Shown piece by piece: positions 55,613 through 64,000 of a stretch of DNA of 64,000 bases. How positions within the stretch are numbered: position 1 is the first letter of the stretch; the number at the start of each line of letters is the position of its first letter. The stretch is from the NCBI GenBank assembly GCA_937934305.1, contig CALHAG010000001.1, forward strand, positions 12,422 through 76,421, read 5' to 3'. Below the pieces are notes generated by a model, which had not been told where the DNA came from, searched no databases, and saw nothing but the letters and a program-made list of their open reading frames with translations. A program made the translations under genes and the position numbers. Source of the stretch: Candidatus Caldarchaeum subterraneum (GTDB lineage: Archaea; Thermoproteota; Nitrososphaeria_A; Caldarchaeales; Caldarchaeaceae).

Positions 55613-56923
55613 GTGTCCAAGGAGGAGGCAAGACTTCGACTGAAGTCGATCACAATACAAAACTGGAAGGGCTTTAAGGACTGCAAATTGGAGCTATACG
55701 ACGGCCTAAACGTTTTGGTTGGCCCCAACTCGTCCGGTAAGACAAGCCTCCTTGAAGCGTTCAAGTTCCTCAAGAAAGCACTTGTCGAGATGGAGTCGCC
55801 ATACCTGTCGCATTTAGAGTGGTGGACCTACAGAAACATAGTCTACGGAAACGACGAAACAAAACCGATAAGATTCGAGCTTGAATTCGAGCTACCGGAG
55901 GAATATACTGCAACATACGAGGTTGTTTTTACAGGAGTTGGGGGCAACATCAAAATAGCAAAAGAGAAGATGGAGATAAAGAAGGTTGTTTCTTTCACAA
56001 AGGAAGGTGAAACGCTAACTATCGAGTATGACCGGGATTTTTTCGAAAAGAATATAAACATAGTAAATCGTAGGGCATACAAAATTGAACAAAAGAGACG
56101 AATTAAAGTAGATTTTTCATACTGGAGTTTAGTTTTTATATCCGGAATAATACCATTGATACCAATTAAAAAATATGTAGAGAATGAGGTCGAATTGCTT
56201 TCCTTCTTTTTACACATTTTCCGTCCGGTGCGTGAGGTTTTTTTATTGTCCCCAGAATTAAAAACACAAAAAAAGCCTTTAGTGTCCTATGCATTGTATA
56301 GTACAAAAGAATTTTTCGAAAAAATTTTATTCATTAGACATCCAGATTTGGTTGATATCAGGCAGCCTAAGCCTCATCAAAGCGGCTATACCTTATCTGA
56401 ACGTGGTGAAAACTTGGCCGCGATACTGCATAGATGGTTTTTACAGGGCGGCGGCCGGTTACCGGATAGAATCGAAAGAGCTCTACAGAACCTTTTCCCC
56501 TACTTCACTCTGAGACCAGACATAACTGTGGATGGAAGAGTGTTTCTATCGATACAGGATGGTATGTATGGTGCTAGACTTGACCCGCCATCCATCCCCG
56601 ATGGATTCTACAAACTTCTGCATGTTTTGACGGCTGTCGAGAGCGAGCCATCAATACTTTTGATTGATGAGTTGGAGAACTCTCTTCACAGTGAAATACT
56701 CGAATACATCGTAGAAGAGTTAAAAAACGCGAACATCACCTCCATAGTTGCAACTCACTCACCGATAGTGGTGGATGTTGCGGGGCTTGAGTGTCTGCAA
56801 CTGCTTGAGAGAACACCTGAAGGGAATAAAGTGAGACGGGTTGAGAACTTGGAGGAGATACAGAGGTGGATGAGGGAGAAGAAGCTGACGCCCAGCGAGA
56901 TGTGGCTTTACCAGCTTCAGTGA
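55613..56923 (+). CDS. OLD/AbiL-type ABC-like ATPase (AAA_15/AAA_21-like)
   Basis: 'IQNWKGFKD...LNVLVGPNSSGKTSLLEA' Walker A. 'SILLIDELENSLH' Walker B (D-E). 'VATHSP' H-loop. AT-rich gene in an AT-rich islet. Confidence 0.75.
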   Translation: MSKEEARLRLKSITIQNWKGFKDCKLELYDGLNVLVGPNSSGKTSLLEAFKFLKKALVEMESPYLSHLEWWTYRNIVYGNDETKPIRFELEFELPEEYTATYEVVFTGVGGNIKIAKEKMEIKKVVSFTKEGETLTIEYDRDFFEKNINIVNRRAYKIEQKRRIKVDFSYWSLVFISGIIPLIPIKKYVENEVELLSFFLHIFRPVREVFLLSPELKTQKKPLVSYALYSTKEFFEKILFIRHPDLVDIRQPKPHQSGYTLSERGENLAAILHRWFLQGGGRLPDRIERALQNLFPYFTLRPDITVDGRVFLSIQDGMYGARLDPPSIPDGFYKLLHVLTAVESEPSILLIDELENSLHSEILEYIVEELKNANITSIVATHSPIVVDVAGLECLQLLERTPEGNKVRRVENLEEIQRWMREKKLTPSEMWLYQLQ

Positions 56924-57423
56924 AACCGATTTACATCATCTGTGAAGACCAATACGGGAAGTTATTTTTTCAAAACCTGTGTAGGAGGATAAGTAACCGT
57001 ATCAATGTCAAGGTGAAGTCAGCTAAAGGCAGAGGCCGAATACCCTATGAGGCACCCCGCATAATCAAGGCAGCCGCACAGGATTACCGTAAGTTTATAG
57101 TTGTTTTTGACTCGGATGGAGAAAACAACGCAGAACAGGAAATTCAGCAGAAACTTACGAGCGAACTTTCTCAATACAACTTACAGATAGAATTAATTGT
57201 AGTTGCATGCAATCCCTGCATCGAAGAATGGATTGTAGCAAACATGTGCCTCAACGATGCCAAACCCCTCGAATTTTTGAAACGGAACCATAAATATGAA
57301 AAAAGGCACTTGCCCGGCTACGCCGATAGACTCGACATTGATATTCTGTCGAGTAAATCACAGAGTTTCAGGAAATTCTTTGATGCCTTGCGTCGCTTTT
57401 CAGAAAGTCGTTGGGATGTTTGA
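56920..57423 (+). CDS. Small TOPRIM-like partner protein (DUF4276/OLD-Toprim-like), GTG start overlapping the ATPase stop (GTGA)
   Basis: 'KPIYIICEDQYGK' (Glu) and 'FIVVFDSDGEN' (DxD) TOPRIM-like motifs, plus a later acidic 'CNPCIEEWIV'. The ORF from 56866 overlaps the ATPase by 58 nt. The GTG at 56920 gives classic 4-nt coupling. Confidence 0.55.
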   Translation: MKPIYIICEDQYGKLFFQNLCRRISNRINVKVKSAKGRGRIPYEAPRIIKAAAQDYRKFIVVFDSDGENNAEQEIQQKLTSELSQYNLQIELIVVACNPCIEEWIVANMCLNDAKPLEFLKRNHKYEKRHLPGYADRLDIDILSSKSQSFRKFFDALRRFSESRWDV

Positions 57424-57498
57424 ATGCGACAGTGAGTATATTCAAGCGATATGTTAACGGTGTGCTGTTAGCTGACAGAGGCCTTAGAAGGGGCTAGC

Positions 57499-58389
57499 TC
57501 ATGACCAGGCGTCGGATAGCTTCCGGTAGTCTTCTTCGGCGAGCCTCCATCCTGCTCCGCCGGCGTTTTCCTCGAGATGCTCCCGGCGGATGGCTTTGGG
57601 TATGGTTATGACGTGTGGTTTCCAGATGACCCAGTTCAACGCCACCTGTGTAGGTGTTTTGCCGTATTTTTTGGCTAATGTTGTGAGGGCCCTGCCTCTC
57701 TCCGTGTTTTTCGCGGCTTCGGCCGCTATTCTGCCTTTGCCCAGCGGCGTGTAGGCGACCACGGTGATTTTGTTTTTCTCGCAGAAGGGTATGACCTCCC
57801 GCTCGTTCTCCCTGTTCTCCAAACTATAGATAATCTGGTTGGAGACGATTTCCTCGCTTCGGCACGCCTCCATCGCCTCCTGTAAAAGCGGGACGTCAAA
57901 GTTGCTGACGCCTATGTAGCGGACCATTCCATCCTTCACAAGCTTCTCCAGAGCATGCATCGTCTCTGCGACAGGGATGCGTGGATTGGGCCAGTGAATC
58001 ATGTAGAGGTCGACATATTTGAGCTGAAGCCTCTCAAGGCTTCTGCGGCAGGCTTTGATGACGTCGTCGTAGCGGAGGTTGGAGGGCCAGACCTTTGTGG
58101 CGACAAACACCTCTTCACGCGGAATTGTTTTCAACGCTTTCCCGACAAGCTCCTCGCTGTGACCTCCGCCGTATATCTCGGCGGTGTCGATGTGGTTCAT
58201 GCCAAGCTCTACTGCATATCTGATGGCGTCTATGGCTTGGTCGTCTTGGCTGTAGTCAGGGGTTTCACGGCCTCCGATGCCCCATGTCCCAAGACCTATC
58301 GCCGCAACCCATTCACCCGATTTACCCAGCTGCTTCTTCTCCAAACCCTGTATGCAAATGTTTGGAACGTTTAAAGGCTTGCGCATCAA
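57499..58389 (-). CDS. Aldo/keto reductase
   Basis: 'LGKSGEWVAAIGLGTWGIGG' N-terminus and AKR barrel motifs ('IDTAEIYGGGHSEELVG'). Confidence 0.85.
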   Translation of the reverse strand: MMRKPLNVPNICIQGLEKKQLGKSGEWVAAIGLGTWGIGGRETPDYSQDDQAIDAIRYAVELGMNHIDTAEIYGGGHSEELVGKALKTIPREEVFVATKVWPSNLRYDDVIKACRRSLERLQLKYVDLYMIHWPNPRIPVAETMHALEKLVKDGMVRYIGVSNFDVPLLQEAMEACRSEEIVSNQIIYSLENRENEREVIPFCEKNKITVVAYTPLGKGRIAAEAAKNTERGRALTTLAKKYGKTPTQVALNWVIWKPHVITIPKAIRREHLEENAGGAGWRLAEEDYRKLSDAWS

Positions 58390-58459
58390 ACCAGTGGACG
58401 TGGGCGAGGACAGCGACTACTGGGTCATCAAGGTGCCGAAGCCGAGGCGGCTGCTGAAA

Positions 58460-58675
58460 ATGTTTGCAAAGCTTTCGCGAGTTGTTATAGAGGGGTTGTC
58501 CTCATCGATAAGCCTCGACACCCCTCTCATACTCATCTCAGCGGTCTCGATAGGCATCGTCACATTCCTAGTCTTCACACTCGTGTACAGAATCCCCGAA
58601 GTGGTCGCTGTCCTCTTCTCCATCCTCCTCGTCGTCCTCTACCTACTGTTTCTCCGCAGAGAGCTGCGACGCTGA
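58460..58675 (+). CDS. Small 2-TM membrane protein (start uncertain)
   Basis: The ORF from 58277 overlaps the AKR start. An internal Met at about 58460 gives a 71-aa hydrophobic protein with a 'LFLRRELRR' tail. Confidence 0.25.
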   Translation: MFAKLSRVVIEGLSSSISLDTPLILISAVSIGIVTFLVFTLVYRIPEVVAVLFSILLVVLYLLFLRRELRR

Positions 58676-59962
58676 GCCCCATCTCCAGAAAAGGCTGGCC
58701 TCTATTTTCTGGGCCTGAGATGTTTGAGCGGCGTAGCATGCGAGGGCTAGGGCCATGACGTAGTCGTCATGTTCTCCGGCGGGGGCTTCATATTTTAATG
58801 AGTGGCCTGTGTTTATTTCCTGGTAGAGGCGTAGCTGGTTTATCAGGGTTTTTTCGTCGGCGGGGATGATGAGTTTTTTGTTGAGGATGTTGTTGCGGAG
58901 GTTGTTGACAAGGATTTGCTTTGTTGATGACGTGATTGTTATGGGCTGGAGATGTGGTATGGTTTTTGCGAGTGTTTCGGCGAGGGGCGCGCCCATGCCT
59001 GTGCTGTCTACGGCGACGACAGCTGGTTGAAGAACCATGTTGGCCCTATTGATTGCTTCGAGCTGTGCCGCGAAAGGCTTCTGCCTCAGCTCCTCGACAT
59101 AACACACTCGCAGCCTCTCTCCATCCTCGACGACGGCTATTATCACTGTCGAGTCTCGGAACCTCCCGAAATCCACGCCAACATACACACGTCCCCCGAC
59201 AACACGCGCGGGCACAAAATCCTCCACACATTCCAGAATCTTCTCATAGGAGATGAAGGCATTAACTTCGTCGAGAAACTCGCACATCATCTCCTGCCTC
59301 CACTCGAGAGGTGACATGGTTTTACGCAGCTCCTCGAGGTCGTGCATGGTTATGTGGGGTGAATCGCCGAGTTTGACGAGATGTTTGGACCATGTGTTCT
59401 CTGTTATCCAGGCTTCGTGGAACCATCCTCTCTTTCCTTTCGGTGTTGAGACGAGTGTGACGCGCCCGTTGCGTGCGACGGTTGTGAACATGATAGCTGT
59501 TTTCAGGTTTGTGTCGTCTCTGAAGAACGCGGCCTCATCGACGTAAACCGCGTCTGCCCTGTATCCGCGGAGAGACTCAGGGTTATTGGGGAGCGAGATT
59601 ATGCGGCTGCCGTTGCCCAGCTCCACTGTTCTCGCACCGATTTTAGCCATCAGCCTGTATATGCTGTGTCCATGTTTGAGCCGTGTGTTCTCGAGACGTG
59701 AGAAGATTGTTCTTACGTGGCGGAAAATTTCGAGGCTTTGCCTAAGCGAGTAGCTTATCAGGAGAATTGTTGAAGCTGGATGTGTCAAAGCCTCGGCACA
59801 GGCTTCTGCCGCTATCGTGAATGTTGCGCCCGCGCCGCGGTGTTTGAGGATAATTCTGAAGCGGCTGGGGTCGTCGATGAAGTTTTTCTGCCATGGATGA
59901 AGCTTCACATCAAGTCCTGCGGCATGGAGTAGAAGCTGCACCACATCACTTCGTTTCATCAC
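58643..59962 (-). CDS. Phage/virus terminase large subunit
   Basis: N-terminal ATPase (deviant Walker A 'KHRGAGATFT', Walker B 'AVYVDEAAFF'). C-terminal RNase-H-like nuclease motifs ('VAVDSTGMGAP', 'GEHDDYVMALA'). Confidence 0.75.
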   Translation of the reverse strand: MMKRSDVVQLLLHAAGLDVKLHPWQKNFIDDPSRFRIILKHRGAGATFTIAAEACAEALTHPASTILLISYSLRQSLEIFRHVRTIFSRLENTRLKHGHSIYRLMAKIGARTVELGNGSRIISLPNNPESLRGYRADAVYVDEAAFFRDDTNLKTAIMFTTVARNGRVTLVSTPKGKRGWFHEAWITENTWSKHLVKLGDSPHITMHDLEELRKTMSPLEWRQEMMCEFLDEVNAFISYEKILECVEDFVPARVVGGRVYVGVDFGRFRDSTVIIAVVEDGERLRVCYVEELRQKPFAAQLEAINRANMVLQPAVVAVDSTGMGAPLAETLAKTIPHLQPITITSSTKQILVNNLRNNILNKKLIIPADEKTLINQLRLYQEINTGHSLKYEAPAGEHDDYVMALALACYAAQTSQAQKIEASLFWRWGSASQLSAEKQ

Positions 59963-60158
59963 CTGTCCCCAGCGCCTCGTTGAGCATCTCGTCTATGATG
60001 CGTTTGAGACGGTCTGCGTCACGCTTGGTCCGTGCACGGCCTTCGACGACAAGGTCTTCTCCGACGCTTCGCACAACACAGCTAATACCCATGACTGTCT
60101 CCGACTGTTTATCCGCTTCTACGGCTTTTTTACCCCCGGTTCTTAGAAGCCAACTCAT
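59946..60158 (-). CDS. Hypothetical small provirus protein
   Basis: 70-aa ORF sandwiched between, and overlapping, virus-like genes. Confidence 0.25.
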   Translation of the reverse strand: MSWLLRTGGKKAVEADKQSETVMGISCVVRSVGEDLVVEGRARTKRDADRLKRIIDEMLNEALGTGDETK

Positions 60159-60684
60159 CTACACCACCTCCGCCAAGCACAATCCTCTCCAGCGTCATCA
60201 GCTTAACAGCCAGACACACGACTAAAGCTTTGAAATCAAGTCCACCATCAGAGGCCCTTAGCTCGGGAGCAATCTCCTCAGCGAGAAAACCTATTTCCCA
60301 CCGTCCCGCGCGCCGATATTTCTTCGGCTTCGGTAGCTGCAGGGCTGCGAGTTTCTGTTCATCTATTTCTGTTATGTCTGTTTTATCGGATGATGTGGAG
60401 GGTATGGTTATGTTGGCTGTGATTATTTCGGCTGCGGGGTTTTCTGCTGAGCCTATTGTGAGTGTGTAGGGCTGCTGGGCCTCTATCCGTGTCGGCGTTA
60501 TCTTCACGTTTGCGACAAGGGCTCCGTCCACGGTTTTCTGCACAACAGACTCAAGCAGCTCGATTCTCATCCTCAGCCTGCTATTTTCTTCGCGGAGACG
60601 CTGGTTCTCTGACTCGAGAGTCTTGAGCTTCTCCGCCACCTTGGCTGGCAACCCCGACTCTGGGTCGAGAAACATTATCTTCAT
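60130..60684 (-). CDS. Provirus coiled-coil protein (possible scaffolding/assembly protein)
   Basis: N-terminal heptad-rich 'KLKTLESENQRLREENSRLRMRIELLESV'. 184 aa. Confidence 0.35.
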   Translation of the reverse strand: MKIMFLDPESGLPAKVAEKLKTLESENQRLREENSRLRMRIELLESVVQKTVDGALVANVKITPTRIEAQQPYTLTIGSAENPAAEIITANITIPSTSSDKTDITEIDEQKLAALQLPKPKKYRRAGRWEIGFLAEEIAPELRASDGGLDFKALVVCLAVKLMTLERIVLGGGGVDELASKNRG

Positions 60685-60687
60685 GTT

Positions 60688-61368
60688 CTACACCGCGATG
60701 AGGTATAGCTCAGCCCCGCTTGTTGCCGATGGCTTGATTATTGATATTTTGTTGACGGCGACCGGGGTGTCGAACGTGTCTAACAAAGCGTCTGTTGTTG
60801 ATGGATTATAAAGGGTATAGAATGCATTATCGTCAAATATGAACGAGGTCTGAGGGTCGAGCTTGTAACCCGTTACAAATAGTTGTCCTATGTTAAGCTC
60901 ATCAGCCGTTACAGAGGTTTTATTGTTATTTAGTAGATATACCGTCAAAGAAGGATTTGCGACATAACTTGTATTTGAAGTCGCGCGAGTATGCCATAGT
61001 TCCCATGTTACTACCCCGTTTGTCGGTGTGTTACGGTCAACTGTTGCGCTCTGTGTAACATAAGTAGTCGAAGTCGTGCGATGTGTCGTGCCAGCGACTC
61101 CAAGGATTTTCATATAAGCATCACTATAACCACTGCTACCGCTACTTACTCTATGTTGAAATGAATAAGATATTCTTACGGTGTCGTAGAAATTGGGAAG
61201 CGTGTTGACGAAATTGGCGATATTTATGCTGCCTGATGTGGCTAGAACCCATGATGATGAGTTTGTGCTCCATTCTCCAGAATAGGAGGCTGTGTTATTC
61301 CAAACCGGTATGTTCCAGTAGAGGGTAAATCTGCGGCCTACGTCGCCTATGCGGAGTGTAACGCTCAC
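60688..61368 (-). CDS. Provirus structural protein, Ser/Thr/Asn-rich, beta-rich (fibre/receptor-binding candidate)
   Basis: 226 aa. High S/T/N/Y content typical of fibre or adhesin-type virion proteins. Overlaps the upstream gene by 4 nt. Confidence 0.35.
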   Translation of the reverse strand: MSVTLRIGDVGRRFTLYWNIPVWNNTASYSGEWSTNSSSWVLATSGSINIANFVNTLPNFYDTVRISYSFQHRVSSGSSGYSDAYMKILGVAGTTHRTTSTTYVTQSATVDRNTPTNGVVTWELWHTRATSNTSYVANPSLTVYLLNNNKTSVTADELNIGQLFVTGYKLDPQTSFIFDDNAFYTLYNPSTTDALLDTFDTPVAVNKISIIKPSATSGAELYLIAV

Positions 61369-63230
61369 AGCTGAGTCACCTCGCTCCAGAATAGCAACGC
61401 CCGCTTAAACTTAGGCGATGTAGATGATGCGTTCGGCCTGCTCATGTTCACCTCAACCACAAGCTTCTCATATGTTATCGCCGTGAATACATGGTCAAAG
61501 TCGATGTAATATGTGCCGGCGGGGAGAATAACCTGTAACTGGTTGATGTTGCTCCAGCTCGGTGTCCCCGTGGCCACGAAGTCGGATAACTTCTTGACGT
61601 ATTTTTGGAATTTTCCAGAGGAAACGGTTATCTGAGCAGAGTAATAGTTGGATGTGTTTGTCAAGGCTTTTACCGTGATGGTGGCGTTCGCGACTGGATA
61701 GACGTAGATGTTGAAGTAGCGGCATTCTGAAAGGTTCCATGCGAGCGAGCCGGTGGCGGGGTAGGTGAGCGTCATGGTGGTTGTCCCCGTGGCCTTGAGA
61801 GAGTAGCGAGAGATGACGGAGATGTTTGAGTCGCTGAGCGTGCCGCCCGATATAGACCACTTGGATGCATCTTTCTCAGCTAAGGTTTTCCGCGTCGGGA
61901 TGTAGGGGAAATTGTAAGGCGAGGATATGTTGTTTTTTATCACCGAGTCGTCGCCCAGCTTCAGATTAACCGTAACGCTTCCACCGCCGACATCTCTGTC
62001 AAACTTCAGCGTCTTAGGCTCCACGTTCTCCGAAGAAGGCATAAACTCAAGCGTAAACCAACCCGATGTAAACCCGCTAGCCAACACAATCTCCCCCACA
62101 TCATTATAGGTTATGTTCTGCCCCGACGTATAGGGTATCGGTGGAACATACATCGTCATGAATAATTGTGGAATCAACTGGGTGGTGAACCGTTTGGCAA
62201 TCGACTGCGACAAAGCAATAGCGTTTCCCACAGCCTCTGCGACGGACATTTGTTTGCCAAACCTTGCAGCAGGGTCTCCGCCGAACTTTTCATCCAGAAC
62301 ATCCTCAAGCAGCTCCAGCCGTCCCCCCAGCACAACTTCGTAAAGCAGCGTATCTGTCTCGTATCTGATTTCGAGTATGTAGAGGTCTTCGTTGTCTATT
62401 CCGAGGGTTGGTAGGTTGACTGTGACGGTGTCGCCGAGGTCGAGGCCCAGGTTGGAGAAAATCTGCTGATGCATCTGGAGTCTTAGTGAGCGGCCGTATT
62501 CGCTTGCCATGTCGAGACGTGTCTGGGCCCTTCGCATGGCCTCGGAGCTGTCGGTTAGGAACGGGTCATGGACAACGAGAGGCAAATCGCCTAACCCAGT
62601 GTAAACGTCTGCAAGCACTTCACCACCTGCGCCAACATAAACAACCCTGTTACGCAGCCTCCACCTATCCTCGCTATACTCTGCAGACAGTATTTTGCCC
62701 ATGTCTAGTGAGGCGGATGAGGAGGATGTTGTCTTTGGTTTGTAGACCAGCTTCTTCCCGGGCCTCATGCGTAGCCAGTGGTTGGTGGCTTTTGCGATGT
62801 CCTGCATCACTTTCAAAGCCTCGACATTTTCTAATGACCAATTGCTGGTGAGAGCAGGTCCTTCACTTACCTCGGTCACGTCGACACCCTGTTCAAGCGA
62901 TGCAAGGTCTCTGATGATTGCTCCCGCTGTAGTCCCTGTTGGATATTCGCGGAAAACCACGTGACGTTCGTAGAGTATCAAGTCGCTGTGAGCTGTGAAG
63001 CTGCAGCGGGGTATGTCGCCTCTCTGATGTCTTCTGCTCACTTCGTAAACCACTCCCTCAAAAAGAATGGTTGAACCGCGGCGAAGCCTCACCCTCTCAC
63101 CCACATTCACGTAGTCGAGCATCTCTGCTTCGAGAGCCTCAAGGCTACGGCTCTCAAGTCTCCATCGCAGCGACGTCACCACACCCGAGAAATCAACCCA
63201 CGAATCCCCTCTGTAAACCTCGAGAATCAT
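61365..63230 (-). CDS. Provirus large structural protein (tail/baseplate candidate)
   Basis: 621 aa, immediately downstream of the tape-measure-like gene (4-nt overlap). Composition typical of a distal tail or baseplate protein. Confidence 0.4.
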   Translation of the reverse strand: MILEVYRGDSWVDFSGVVTSLRWRLESRSLEALEAEMLDYVNVGERVRLRRGSTILFEGVVYEVSRRHQRGDIPRCSFTAHSDLILYERHVVFREYPTGTTAGAIIRDLASLEQGVDVTEVSEGPALTSNWSLENVEALKVMQDIAKATNHWLRMRPGKKLVYKPKTTSSSSASLDMGKILSAEYSEDRWRLRNRVVYVGAGGEVLADVYTGLGDLPLVVHDPFLTDSSEAMRRAQTRLDMASEYGRSLRLQMHQQIFSNLGLDLGDTVTVNLPTLGIDNEDLYILEIRYETDTLLYEVVLGGRLELLEDVLDEKFGGDPAARFGKQMSVAEAVGNAIALSQSIAKRFTTQLIPQLFMTMYVPPIPYTSGQNITYNDVGEIVLASGFTSGWFTLEFMPSSENVEPKTLKFDRDVGGGSVTVNLKLGDDSVIKNNISSPYNFPYIPTRKTLAEKDASKWSISGGTLSDSNISVISRYSLKATGTTTMTLTYPATGSLAWNLSECRYFNIYVYPVANATITVKALTNTSNYYSAQITVSSGKFQKYVKKLSDFVATGTPSWSNINQLQVILPAGTYYIDFDHVFTAITYEKLVVEVNMSRPNASSTSPKFKRALLFWSEVTQL

Positions 63231-64000
63231 AGCGCAGCCCTCAGCCTCCTCACAATCTCGCGGCTAAGAACCTCGGCAGCGTCGGCGCCTCTTTCGCCGG
63301 AGAAGTTTACGCTCATGTTGACGTTCACGACTGTGGTTGCGCCGCCTCTGCGAAACCACTCAGCCACAGCGCGGGGCAGCACCATCTCACCCTCATGCAG
63401 AATCGCGGGCCCAGTCCTCGGCACATACCATGCACCACGCTGATATTCTTCAAAAAAGCGGCCGCCTGTCTCATGCACTATTCCAGAGCCGTTCGTGCCG
63501 CCTGTGGTGCTATGTATTGTGACATGTTCCTCGACGATTGTGTATCTGACCACTTGGCCGTTGAGTGTGTTGAGGTAGTTGATGAGTGACTGGACGCTGG
63601 AGACGTTGCCTTCGACGGCTTGACGCGTGGTTTCGAGTGCCTTGACAAGCATTTCGTGAAGAGAGCCGGCTACGTTGCCTGCGTTAACTCCAAGGGTCCC
63701 CAGCAACCCGATGAACTCCGCTTGTGTGACTGTTCCATCTGCGAGGGCCTGTGCTAGGCCCTGCATCATGGCTGTGAGCATGTCGCCTGCCTCGGTGGCC
63801 CCCATCATGTAGAGCTGGAGAGCTTGTTGCTGGAGGGAGAGGAGCTGGCTGGTGTAGTTGACTACCGACTGCGCCGCAGCGAGATACTCCATGCTCTTGG
63901 CCTGCTCCTCTGTCAAAGGCTCAGCGACACCAAGCGCTTCATGCACCTGTTTCAACACGTTGTAGAAATCCAGGCCAGCCGCCAAACCCTTCGAAGCCAA
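63227..64000 (-). CDS. C-terminal part of a tape-measure-like protein (gene continues beyond the window end)
   Basis: The ORF is open to the window edge. Ala/Gly/Leu/Gln-rich helical repeats 'LLSLQQQALQLYMMGATEAGDMLTAMMQGLAQALADG' typical of TMPs. Confidence 0.45.
   Translation of the reverse strand: MASKGLAAGLDFYNVLKQVHEALGVAEPLTEEQAKSMEYLAAAQSVVNYTSQLLSLQQQALQLYMMGATEAGDMLTAMMQGLAQALADGTVTQAEFIGLLGTLGVNAGNVAGSLHEMLVKALETTRQAVEGNVSSVQSLINYLNTLNGQVVRYTIVEEHVTIHSTTGGTNGSGIVHETGGRFFEEYQRGAWYVPRTGPAILHEGEMVLPRAVAEWFRRGGATTVVNVNMSVNFSGERGADAAEVLSREIVRRLRAAL

Larger units (their letters stand above)
58643..64000 (-). mobile_element. Edge of an integrated tailed-virus-like provirus (continues past the window end)
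   Basis: Co-directional block of terminase large subunit, small ORFs, structural proteins and a tape-measure-like gene with 4-nt overlaps. No integrase or att site is visible inside the window. Confidence 0.5.

Overview
This 64 kb window looks like a chromosomal segment of an archaeon with fairly high GC. Supporting this: ftsZ, an AglB/STT3 oligosaccharyltransferase, an archaeal-style multi-ORF glutamate synthase, an H/ACA Nop10 gene, archaeal-type tRNAs, TATA-box promoters and leaderless genes. Almost all ORFs are tightly packed, and many overlap by 4-10 nt in ways that suggest translational coupling.

Housekeeping and metabolism, in order along the window:
- Two tandem ArsA/Get3-family ATPases bracketed by two small paralogous proteins.
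- CstA.
- A carotenoid cluster (crtI-crtB-UbiA prenyltransferase) and a GGPP synthase.
- An RHH gene overlapping ftsZ.
- The glutamate synthase module.
- TauE/DUF1634 and a Tat-dependent Rieske protein.
- AglB flanked by two paralogous beta-propeller (SBBP), Thr-rich surface proteins.
- A non-phosphorylative sugar-acid catabolic cluster (HpcH aldolase, SDR dehydrogenase, FAH hydrolase/dehydratase, ALDH) with a CUT1 ABC transporter that has two ATPases.
- A xanthine dehydrogenase/CODH-family molybdoenzyme (Fe-S, FAD and split Mo subunit).
- An iron/B12-type ABC importer.
- A VapBC pair.
- A PadR plus ABC-2 exporter operon.

Accessory and mobile content:
- A tRNA-Leu/tRNA-Gly-bracketed islet encoding an EVE-domain fusion protein and an ASCH protein.
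- An AT-rich islet encoding an OLD-family ABC ATPase translationally coupled to a small TOPRIM-like protein (AbiL/PARIS-like two-gene candidate defence system).
- Immediately after that, the edge of a tailed-virus-like provirus (terminase large subunit, structural proteins, C-terminus of a tape-measure-like protein) that runs off the window end.

All calls rest on motif and architecture recognition done by eye. No database searches were run.
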